From an uncultured Cellvibrionales bacterium (lineage in GTDB: Bacteria; Pseudomonadota; Gammaproteobacteria; Pseudomonadales; Dasaniaceae), in contig CAJVZD010000001.1 in NCBI GenBank assembly GCA_913019905.1, positions 42,176-106,175 on the forward strand: 64,000 bases of DNA, read 5' to 3'. A program made the position numbers and the translations under genes. Below are positions 10,698 through 19,006 of this stretch, in pieces (position 1 is the first letter of the stretch; the number at the start of each line of letters is the position of its first letter). The notes below the pieces were generated by a model that was given only the letters and a program-made list of their open reading frames with translations, made no database searches and had not been told where the DNA came from.

Positions 10698-11099
10698 ATG
10701 TCGCTTAGTGAACTAGCGTTTAAGTTAAACGATCACGTAACAGATGAAGGGACTAGTTTTGATGCAGTTCTTTCCGAAGAAGGCGTGCTGGAGGTTGTGT
10801 GTTCTAGCAATGACGAGTTTCCAATAAATGTTGTCAGGACGGAAACGCAGTTATTGGCCATTACACCTCTCTTTGATGTAAAAGAAGTTCAGACCGACAA
10901 GTTGTCCGAACTTAACGAGCAGTTGCTCTTTATGAGTCCTGCGATTCCATTAAGTTCGATTGGACGCGAGGGCAGTACCTATATCCTCTTTGGTTCCATG
11001 GCACTTAATACCGTGTTCGATAATATTGTTCACGAACTTGAGGTTCAGGCTGAAAATACGCTGGAAGTACTTCTCGTTGTGGAACCGCTTTTGGTGTAA
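10698..11099 (+). CDS. YjfI/DUF2170 family protein
   Basis: 133 aa acidic protein with IPLSSIG and YILFGSM motifs, directly upstream of pspA as in yjfI-yjfJ. Confidence 0.8.
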   Translation: MSLSELAFKLNDHVTDEGTSFDAVLSEEGVLEVVCSSNDEFPINVVRTETQLLAITPLFDVKEVQTDKLSELNEQLLFMSPAIPLSSIGREGSTYILFGSMALNTVFDNIVHELEVQAENTLEVLLVVEPLLV

Positions 11100-11111
11100 A
11101 GGAGAAAGATT

Positions 11112-11810
11112 ATGAGTATATTAAAAAGTATTTTAACCGCAATTCGCGGTGGTGCGAGTGAAGTGGGAGAAGCGGTAATCGATGCCAATGCCGTTCGAAT
11201 TCTCGAGCAGGAAATTCGTGATGCTGAAGACGCGATTGGAAAAGCGAAACAATCACTGACCAACCTAAAAGCGTCGGAAATTAAGCTGAAACGGGAATTA
11301 AATTCTGTTCGCAATGATATTTCTGACTATGAATCAAAGGCTATACGGGCGCTCGAGTCAAATAATGAGACACTGGCCGGTGAAGTGGCCGAACGAATTG
11401 CCGAGTTTGAGGTAGACGCAAGTGAAAAAGATTCTGAGCATCAAAACCTCAACATGCAAGTTAACAAAATCAACAGTATGATTCGTCAGCGGGAAAAGAC
11501 TATTCAAAAGAATCGTCGTGAGCTGGAGAAAATCAAAACCGTAGAACAACTGCAAAAGGCAACGTCATCAATGTCTACTAATTTTGCCGCCACCAATGCC
11601 ACTGAACACCGCGTTTCAAAAGCACTCGACCGCGTAAAGAAGAAACAGGCTAAATGGGAAGATCGTATGGAAGCCGGCGAATGGATGGCAGAAGAAGGCC
11701 AGGGCGATGAACTGGACAAAAAACTCAAGGCTGCAGGGATTGGTGGAGCATCAAGTTCCAGTGGTGCCAGTGTTCTTGAACGCTTAAAGCAAAAACAAGC
11801 GGTGCAGTAG
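11112..11810 (+). CDS. PspA/IM30 (bacterial ESCRT-III) family protein, YjfJ-type
   Basis: LTAIRGGASEVGEAVIDANAVRILEQEIRDA, long coiled coil, LDKKLKAAGI...ASVLERLK C-terminus. Confidence 0.92.
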   Translation: MSILKSILTAIRGGASEVGEAVIDANAVRILEQEIRDAEDAIGKAKQSLTNLKASEIKLKRELNSVRNDISDYESKAIRALESNNETLAGEVAERIAEFEVDASEKDSEHQNLNMQVNKINSMIRQREKTIQKNRRELEKIKTVEQLQKATSSMSTNFAATNATEHRVSKALDRVKKKQAKWEDRMEAGEWMAEEGQGDELDKKLKAAGIGGASSSSGASVLERLKQKQAVQ

Positions 11811-11825
11811 TCATCCCAATAGGAG

Positions 11826-11858
11826 AAAGTGTATTGTCAATTTATGACAATGCACTTT
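11826..11858 (+). other. Inverted repeat after pspA (RNA hairpin or operator)
   Basis: AAAGTGTATTGTCA-ATTTA-TGACAATGCACTTT, 14-bp stem with one G-U pair. Confidence 0.6.
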
Positions 11859-11869
11859 GAAAAGATCTT

Positions 11870-12499
11870 ATGTTTAAAAACCTCTTCTCCAAAAAATCTG
11901 CCGATACAAGAGTTCTCGATAATCCTGGTCAATTAATGGTGGGAGATATTATTTCTCTCAAGTATCGCGAATCCCTACCCGAAAGCTTACGAGAGCGGCA
12001 ATTTGAAGTCGTAAAAGTTGGTGCTTACGAATATGCCTCTGGTATTAATAAGGAAGTCGTTCTTAAAGGTGAGGAAAATCAAGTTTACTTTATGTCTGTC
12101 GAAAACGATGACGGTGAAGACAGCCTGTGTTTCTCGAATAAAATTTCCCGTCAACAAACCTTAACACTTTTCTCCGAGGATGCATTTTCACAACTCTGGT
12201 CCGAAGACTGGATAGAGCTCACCATCGCTGAAAATATTGATTCACTGGCCGGCTGGTATACGAGCCAGTATGCGCAGACAATAAAAGAACAAGAAGCCTA
12301 TTTTTACGACCGCGACTGCCAAGACGAAGATCTTTCCCTGGCAGAAGATGGTGACGAGTTACGTTACCACGAATGTGAGGGGACCGATGACCGATTTGGC
12401 ATCAATGTCGAAATTTGGGGAGACGGGTCCACTGACGTTTTTCTTCAGGTTTACTGTTCGATCGACGTCATTGAGGAGATGTGGCCCCATGGCAAATAA
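11870..12499 (+). CDS. YjfK-like (DUF2491/DUF4178-like) acidic protein
   Basis: MFKNLFSKK start, LMVGDII motif, strongly acidic, position after pspA as in yjfJ-yjfK. Confidence 0.6.
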   Translation: MFKNLFSKKSADTRVLDNPGQLMVGDIISLKYRESLPESLRERQFEVVKVGAYEYASGINKEVVLKGEENQVYFMSVENDDGEDSLCFSNKISRQQTLTLFSEDAFSQLWSEDWIELTIAENIDSLAGWYTSQYAQTIKEQEAYFYDRDCQDEDLSLAEDGDELRYHECEGTDDRFGINVEIWGDGSTDVFLQVYCSIDVIEEMWPHGK

Positions 12500-12818
12500 A
12501 CTTGACGGTAAATGGTCTATTGAAAAGAAGGCGATAAAAAAGGTCCAAATTCACTTCTCTCTTAAAGAACGGTTGACGAAACTCATTCGGCACGACGCCG
12601 CAGAAGACAATATAAATCCCAGTGATATCATCCGGAAAATTGTTGGGCTAAACTATCAGCGGATACAAAGGCCTAGGATCGGACTCTCTTTCCATCGGGA
12701 AGACCTGGAATATCTTTCCGAGCGCTACAATCTGGACCTGACCGACGAGAAGGAAATAAGAAAGCGGGTGATGGACGAAATTAACCTTTATTATGACGAC
12801 AAGGAAAAACAAGAGTAA
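12489..12818 (+). CDS. Small protein with ribbon-helix-helix-like pattern, putative operon regulator
   Basis: ATG at 12489 overlaps the upstream gene, preceded by GAGGAG; VQIHFSL-(helix)-NPSDIIRKIV then RPRIGLSF-(helix). Confidence 0.6.
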   Translation: MANKLDGKWSIEKKAIKKVQIHFSLKERLTKLIRHDAAEDNINPSDIIRKIVGLNYQRIQRPRIGLSFHREDLEYLSERYNLDLTDEKEIRKRVMDEINLYYDDKEKQE

Positions 12819-12827
12819 TAAATTTCG

Positions 12828-13940
12828 ATGATTCAAAATATCTTCGCTAGAAAGTTTTGGAAACGCCGGCACTTGCGATTCAGCCCTCAAAAGAATCAAC
12901 TGGCGAGCCATAAGCTCGGCCGACTGTTATCCATTCTCATTTTTCTAATCGTTATTCATTCACTCGCCATGGTCTACTTCGAAAACATGACTTTGGATGA
13001 CGCGTTGTGGCTATCGATTACCACAGCGACGACGGTAGGTTACGGCGACTTGTCGGCCTCTTCCTGGCAAGGCCGCATTACTACAATCATCTGTATGTAT
13101 ATATTCGCTATTGCGCTGCTTGCGCAATTGGCTGCCGAATTTTTCGAATATCGGATTCAGATCCGCGAGAACAAAAAAACAGGAAACTGGGTGTGGAAAA
13201 ATATGAAAAACCATTTAGTAGTGATTAATACGCCGGATCAAAATACTGACACTTATATGGACCGCTTTATTGGCCAGGTACGGCTAACACCGGACATTGG
13301 AAACCTGCCAATTCAAATATTGACGAGAAAATATCCAGACGGGCTACCAAAGGTTATTAGCAAACACCAAGTGGTTCACTACAACGGGGTTGCTGAAGAC
13401 GATGAAAGTTTAAAAGCAGTTAACATCGAAGATGCAAAAATAATTGTCATACTTGCAAAAAATTCTGGCAGCCCATTATCAGACAGTTTAACTTTTGATG
13501 TGCTGAGTCGAATTATGGAAATTGGCACCCATGCTCTTATCGCAGCGGAATGCGCCATCGATTCTAACCGCAGCCGTTTAAAAAAAGCCGGAGCCTCAAT
13601 TCTCATTCGTCCGATAAGGGCGTATCCGGAATTATTGGTCCGTTCAATTTCCGAGCCTGGAACAGAAGCGGTCATGGAAAATCTGTTCACCCACGACGGT
13701 GACCACATGCACAGGATAAATTTTCCTTTTCAGCAACTTAAGTGGAGAGACATCGTCCTTTTGTGCGTTGGAAATGACTTCGGCTTACCCCTCGCATTTA
13801 TCAATGAGCAAGGCGTTTGCAGCAACCCTCCGCCGGATCAACTGTGTTCAGGCCATGCAATTATCTCATTGGTAAGAGAAGATCAGGATATTCTAGAGTC
13901 CTCAGTCGCTCAAAGCCTTATGGATTTGCAGGCTAAATAG
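12828..13940 (+). CDS. Two-TM potassium channel with C-terminal RCK/TrkA-like domain
   Basis: Selectivity filter TTVGYGD between two TMs; cytoplasmic RCK-like region lacking GxGxxG. Confidence 0.9.
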   Translation: MIQNIFARKFWKRRHLRFSPQKNQLASHKLGRLLSILIFLIVIHSLAMVYFENMTLDDALWLSITTATTVGYGDLSASSWQGRITTIICMYIFAIALLAQLAAEFFEYRIQIRENKKTGNWVWKNMKNHLVVINTPDQNTDTYMDRFIGQVRLTPDIGNLPIQILTRKYPDGLPKVISKHQVVHYNGVAEDDESLKAVNIEDAKIIVILAKNSGSPLSDSLTFDVLSRIMEIGTHALIAAECAIDSNRSRLKKAGASILIRPIRAYPELLVRSISEPGTEAVMENLFTHDGDHMHRINFPFQQLKWRDIVLLCVGNDFGLPLAFINEQGVCSNPPPDQLCSGHAIISLVREDQDILESSVAQSLMDLQAK

Positions 13941-13950
13941 AGCCAACCCT

Positions 13951-15093
13951 TTAATGACCTGACTGATTTGAACGATGAGCATTGATTATCGGTTGCACAG
14001 CGCGGTTAAAGACATCCACCCAGTATTCACTCAGTTGATGTCCGGCACAAATATTAATTTCACTCACCGCTCGAATAATTGGGCGTTTCTGGTGACTCAC
14101 ATAAGCTCTCTGATGTGTTAAAGCGTCAAAAGTATCTGCAATTGCAAGAATCTTGGCACCGTCACAAATTTCTTTGTCTTGTAAACCAAATGGGTAACCA
14201 GAGCCATTAACCGCCTCATGATGCTGCAAAATTATTTCTTTGGCCGGTGCCCATTTTGGCATATGCGCCAATAAGTGCACGCTGCTTTGAACATGGGAAC
14301 GTAGTAGAATGATTTCACTATCAATAAGAAAACCCTCCTTATGCAACAGTTCGACCGGCATAAACGCCATGCCAAAATCATGAACATAAACCGCAATGGC
14401 CAACTGTTTATTGTCGATTGGGCTTCCTCCAAGCTTATTTAGCAGAAGCGCCATTTTAAGAATTCTGTCACCTCTACCCTGCCAATATTGTGATCTTTTT
14501 TCAACGGGCGCCATTAAATCGCGAAAAAACTGTACGTCTTTATCGTTTTCAAATCCTAAGTTCTGCAAAAACGTGTCTTGAGTGACTTTTCGATCGTTGG
14601 AATCCGCGGTACCGACGTTAACAATAACCGCCGGATCCAGGAGTCTGATGGTTTGTCCGATGAGTTTTTGCTGTACCAAGCCACGACTTGCAGAAATTTC
14701 ATCGATTTTTGTACTGAGGGACGACAGCCAGCGTGTATCGAAAGTCACTAATCCCTTATTACAAAAATCCTCGACCATGCAACGTATTCGATCCAATACC
14801 AGTAATACCAAATCACTGATGATAGGTGAAAATTCAAAATCGCCTTCGTCGAGCAATGTCAGCATGTTTTCAGTAGACGTCATCAGGTCTGTCGCCGGAT
14901 AAAATCCTACAACCAACAAATTGCCCTTAATCGTGTGGACTGAGCGGAACAGCGTATGAATCAACTCACTATTATCGGGATAGCGATCGAGTTCGAATAA
15001 CATCGTTTCGCTAATTTTATAGTGCTCGTTAATACCCTCTAATAAGTGATTAACAGTGACAGGGTCGAGCCCGCCTGGCTGGAATGTGTCCAT
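13951..15093 (-). CDS. Hpt domain + HD-GYP domain protein
   Basis: LFRSVHTIKG (CheA P1/Hpt-like His); VHDFG, HHEAVNGSGYP, IADTFDAL. Start placed at ATG 15093 (TTG at 15099 possible). Confidence 0.85.
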   Translation of the reverse strand: MDTFQPGGLDPVTVNHLLEGINEHYKISETMLFELDRYPDNSELIHTLFRSVHTIKGNLLVVGFYPATDLMTSTENMLTLLDEGDFEFSPIISDLVLLVLDRIRCMVEDFCNKGLVTFDTRWLSSLSTKIDEISASRGLVQQKLIGQTIRLLDPAVIVNVGTADSNDRKVTQDTFLQNLGFENDKDVQFFRDLMAPVEKRSQYWQGRGDRILKMALLLNKLGGSPIDNKQLAIAVYVHDFGMAFMPVELLHKEGFLIDSEIILLRSHVQSSVHLLAHMPKWAPAKEIILQHHEAVNGSGYPFGLQDKEICDGAKILAIADTFDALTHQRAYVSHQKRPIIRAVSEINICAGHQLSEYWVDVFNRAVQPIINAHRSNQSGH

Positions 15094-15299
15094 TACCAAT
15101 TCAACTTTTTCGCATTTTTTTGTACCCTAAGAGTCTATCGACGTGCGGGTCTAGAACGTTCTCAGTGCAAAATGACGCTATAAGACCAAAACCTAATAAG
15201 TATAGTCGGCACATCGCGTAAATTATTGAGAGAAGATTTACATGTATCAGAATGGTAAAAGAACTGGAGAGTGTCGCAAGGTATGGTTTATAGGTCGGT

Positions 15300-15506
15300 T
15301 TACGCGTCTAAATCGGGGATCAGCATCGATTCAATGCGACCTATATTTTCTTTTATTCTCAATTTTTGTCTTTTTTGTCTCTGCAGATACAACTGATCGA
15401 TGAAGGGATTTTCCAGCAAGCCACTAATTTCAGCATCCAGCTCCCGATGTCGTGTCTTTAACTCGAAAAGCTGTGCGCTTAATGTGGGTGGTTCAGAAAT
15501 TTCCAT
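15300..15506 (-). CDS. DUF465/YdcH family small coiled-coil protein
   Basis: HRELDAEI...DQLYLQRQKRQKLRIKENI...LIPDLDA. Confidence 0.85.
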   Translation of the reverse strand: MEISEPPTLSAQLFELKTRHRELDAEISGLLENPFIDQLYLQRQKRQKLRIKENIGRIESMLIPDLDA

Positions 15507-15587
15507 GACACGGAAAGTAAACTGTTAAGACAAAGAAAACAACCGCTTTCCCACGTATCATTAAATTATAATAAATTTAATGACTTA

Positions 15588-16685
15588 CTAGGAAGAGGAG
15601 CTTGATATCTGGCTGTCGACAAAGCGTTTTATCGTATTCTGGGCTGCAGTATCCATCGATGTGAATTCCAGACTGCACATAACGTCTTTCCCAGACTCAT
15701 GAGTTTTTATTACTCTCGCATAAATACTGGTGGTCTCCGAACCGAGCAATTGTAGGGAAACATCGATCTTTATCTCTGAAAAAGGAATTAATGGAATGGG
15801 GCTTTGCATAAACAATCCGTTATAACTGATATCGACGACTTCCCCCTGAATTAAGTCGCTGTTCACCGACTTGCCCTCCATGAGCTGAAAAAAACAAGGC
15901 ATATTGATTGTGACCCGCGGACTTTTTCGTATTTCCCGGCGCGGTACCGTTATCGATCTGGGTTTAGACGTACTTAACAATTCATATAGGCAGACCGGAT
16001 GCTTTTTTCCTTTTACTTGCACACGGTTCGGTTCCCCAACCAGGACAAATTGTTTAGCTAATTCATAGGTATTCTCGCTAATAAGAACTTGTCCGCGCAA
16101 ACTTTGGGCCTCAATCCTCGAAGCGAGATTTACCTCGTCTCCGATAACAGTATATTCACGATGATGTTCAGAACCCAGATCTCCCGCCATCACCTGACCG
16201 GTATTAATACCAATGCCCATGAATATCTCAGGCAAACCCAATGCCATATTTTGTTCGTTAAACTCCGACATCGAACGCTGCATTTCGACAGCACAAAAAA
16301 CAGCTCTTTGCACATCGTCAGTACTCGAACTTGGCGCACCAAACAAGGCCATAATGGAGTCACCCATGAGCTTGTCAATGGTGCCGCCATGTCTCACAAT
16401 CACGTCGGTCATACACGCAAAATAGCGATTGAGCATGTTCATCACAGTAATTGCAGAATACGTTTCAGCCAGAGCGGTAAAACCCCTGATATCAGACAAT
16501 AATATCGTGACCTGGCGAGTAATTGGTATCGTATCAGTTTGACGCTGACCACCGAGCATTGCTTCAACTTTACTTTCTAGATCTTTCAGCTCGGCGTCAG
16601 ATTTGAAACGAAACGGCACCGCATCAAGCACTTCGGCGCAAATTTTTTCCGCCAAATCTTTAAACTCGTTGGTATTATTAGACAT
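15588..16685 (-). CDS. Class III adenylate cyclase with C-terminal PilZ domain
   Basis: SDIRGFT, IDKLMGD, GIGINTG, YTVIGDEVNLASRIE; PilZ motifs RKSPR (RxxxR) and DISYNG (DxSxxG). Confidence 0.9.
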   Translation of the reverse strand: MSNNTNEFKDLAEKICAEVLDAVPFRFKSDAELKDLESKVEAMLGGQRQTDTIPITRQVTILLSDIRGFTALAETYSAITVMNMLNRYFACMTDVIVRHGGTIDKLMGDSIMALFGAPSSSTDDVQRAVFCAVEMQRSMSEFNEQNMALGLPEIFMGIGINTGQVMAGDLGSEHHREYTVIGDEVNLASRIEAQSLRGQVLISENTYELAKQFVLVGEPNRVQVKGKKHPVCLYELLSTSKPRSITVPRREIRKSPRVTINMPCFFQLMEGKSVNSDLIQGEVVDISYNGLFMQSPIPLIPFSEIKIDVSLQLLGSETTSIYARVIKTHESGKDVMCSLEFTSMDTAAQNTIKRFVDSQISSSSS

Positions 16686-16827
16686 TAATCACCTTTTCGT
16701 CCTTCGCTGCTAAGATCTAATCGAAATCAAACCAGAAAATTCACTTTCTTATTTTTAATAACGGTCCCAATGTGCACCGATAGTCCCGGTGTATTGCCCT
16801 ACCAAACATCGGCAAAGATCATCAATA

Positions 16828-17565
16828 TTAGTGAAGACAGCATTTGGCAAAAATTAAACCACTGCCACAAGGACACAAATTCTCCCTTGGTACGGGTTCC
16901 AATGCCAAAAACAATTGTTCGGCGTCAACTTCGTATTTAACATCATTCCAAAGACTCGCGACACAGGCGTAAGCTGCTAGTGCCTTCCAAAACAGCTCAT
17001 ACGCTTCCGGCAAATGTTCGTCAGTCAAGGCCATACCTCCCTCGAAAGATAACTGTTTAGCATCTTCCAGATCCGCAAAAGTAGTGGCTAAGTTTAAAAC
17101 GGTTTCAACCTCTTCAGTTAAGCTAGGTGCTTCAATATCTTCAAGTGCGATATACCAAAGATCTTCAAGATACATATGTCCCATCAGCATACCTTCACAC
17201 CACTGCGCCAATTCTACTTGCCAGCGATCCGAATAATTAACACTAAAGGGTAAAAACCGATGCTGATTAGTCAATTGGGACACATGTTCGGCAAGCGCAA
17301 CAACCATTTTGTAAAATTGTGTGGCATCTTCTTCATGATCAAATTGTGGCTCGTCATCGAGCCATATAAGGTCAAACCACTCAGCAGGCCTAACGGACTC
17401 AGGTGCACAAGCGAGAGCAAATAGAAACCCGTATAGCTGGTAATAGCTAATCACCGCGTCGTCTAACTGTAGCCGACTTATGGTATCCCGCAAAGTGCGC
17501 TCGTTTTGTTTGTCAAAAGTGATGACGTTCAATTCCTCCGCAATCTTAAGCCTTGTAACACTCAA
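16828..17565 (-). CDS. UPF0149/YecA family protein with SEC-C motif
   Basis: LYGFLFALACAPESVRPAEW, WCEGMLMG, C-terminal CPCGSGLIFAKCCLH; TTG start uncertain. Confidence 0.85.
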   Translation of the reverse strand: MSVTRLKIAEELNVITFDKQNERTLRDTISRLQLDDAVISYYQLYGFLFALACAPESVRPAEWFDLIWLDDEPQFDHEEDATQFYKMVVALAEHVSQLTNQHRFLPFSVNYSDRWQVELAQWCEGMLMGHMYLEDLWYIALEDIEAPSLTEEVETVLNLATTFADLEDAKQLSFEGGMALTDEHLPEAYELFWKALAAYACVASLWNDVKYEVDAEQLFLALEPVPRENLCPCGSGLIFAKCCLH

Positions 17566-17809
17566 AATTTCATTTACTGATTATCAATACTACTGCGCTG
17601 GTGCGACGAAAGCCATATATCAATCTATGACCGTTTCGATATTGAGTGGCTCGAAACGCCAAATTCTTTCCTTATTGTTACAGTGCAATTGGAGTCACTC
17701 ACAAACCTGGTCGATAGTCCACAGGAACAAGAACAGACCTAAGCTAAGAAAAGACAATGCCTTGCTCTGGCAGGTGGCGAAGCATGGCAGCCTATTTTTA
17801 TTTCGTAAA

Positions 17810-18436
17810 CTAATTAAACAAACCGGGGTTAGTACTCAAAAAATTCTCGACCGTGTCGACAATCGTTTGCGTTTGTCGGTCAATTTCAAAATTGACTTTT
17901 TCGCCAATGGTCTTTTTCCCGTGGTTGGTGACCCGTAAAGTTTCAGGTATGTAACAAACTTTGAGGGTATTGTTTCCTTTATCAACATCCGCCACCGTCA
18001 AACTACAGCCATTAAGCCCAACGAAACCTTTTTGGAAAATGTACTTAGTTTTTTCAGTCGGTATTTTGTAAGTAACAAAACAATTATTCTCTGGTTGCTC
18101 TATCGCTACGACTTCCGCGCAACCGTCGACATGGCCTGAAATGATATGTCCACCTATCTCAACACCTTGCTTCGCAGATCGTTCTACATTAACCAACGTC
18201 CCGGACGTTACATCACCTAAGGTTGTTAAAGATAAGGTTTCCTGCATAACATCAAAGTTCACTTTGTTGTCATCTATCTCCGTAACCGTCAGGCACACGC
18301 CGTCAATCGCGACACTGGCTCCAATCTCGAGGCCGTCGAGCATTGACTCTGGAAATTCGAACACCAAAGTATACAAACCCGGTTTGCGCTCCACGCTACG
18401 TATAGTAAAAGAACCCTGTACAATACCTGTAAACAT
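17810..18436 (-). CDS. ribC: Riboflavin synthase (alpha chain)
   Basis: Invariant N-terminal MFTGIV (start reset to ATG 18436), GVCLTV, IGGHIISGHVDG, GCSLTV. Confidence 0.95.
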   Translation of the reverse strand: MFTGIVQGSFTIRSVERKPGLYTLVFEFPESMLDGLEIGASVAIDGVCLTVTEIDDNKVNFDVMQETLSLTTLGDVTSGTLVNVERSAKQGVEIGGHIISGHVDGCAEVVAIEQPENNCFVTYKIPTEKTKYIFQKGFVGLNGCSLTVADVDKGNNTLKVCYIPETLRVTNHGKKTIGEKVNFEIDRQTQTIVDTVENFLSTNPGLFN

Positions 18437-18669
18437 ACTTCCTCTCTTTACGTTAAAAAGCTTCGACCAACCCATTCTACTGTTTCGCTGTCTGTAAATA
18501 TAATATTAAGGCAAAAACAATTTTGTCGCGTAAGCGTTTAATTGCCGAGACGTGCTTTTGACCGCTGCAAAAATTCTCTTCTAATACTAAACTGAATAGA
18601 CCGATGACGATTCGTGACAACCGACATTTTCCGTTATCTTCGCTTAAACAACCGGTATGACAAACGTCC

Positions 18670-18858
18670 ATGAAAAATGAGGCAGAATCAGAAATACCAA
18701 GCCCTTGCGTTCGAAACTGCTGCCTAGATCAAAAAGACGTATGCCTTGGTTGCGGTCGCTGCCTGTCTGAGATACTTGAATGGCATAAAGCACAGCCACA
18801 GCGGCAGCGAGAAATTGTTGCTGCGGCGACAATACGAAAAAGCGAAAGACCGGGCTGA
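18670..18858 (+). CDS. DUF1289 family small Cys-rich protein
   Basis: SPCVRNCCLDQKDVCLGCGRCLSEILEW. Confidence 0.85.
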   Translation: MKNEAESEIPSPCVRNCCLDQKDVCLGCGRCLSEILEWHKAQPQRQREIVAAATIRKSERPG

Positions 18859-19006
18859 CCGGGCGTGGGAAGGTTTATCACTGTAAAAAAGAAAACAATG
18901 CACCTTTGTGACAACCAACTCCACCGATCGATTACCCAAGGATCGTCGGTGGTACCAAACCAATGCTAATAGGCCTCCGTTTTATCTTTTCAAGGCAATG
19001 GCTAAC

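Noticed and set aside
12348-12488. N-terminal extension of the RHH-like ORF given in the track
   Set aside because: Overlaps the YjfK-like gene; the ATG at 12489 has an RBS and translational coupling.
18437-18669. FMN riboswitch upstream of riboflavin synthase
   Set aside because: No RFN consensus segments on the minus strand.
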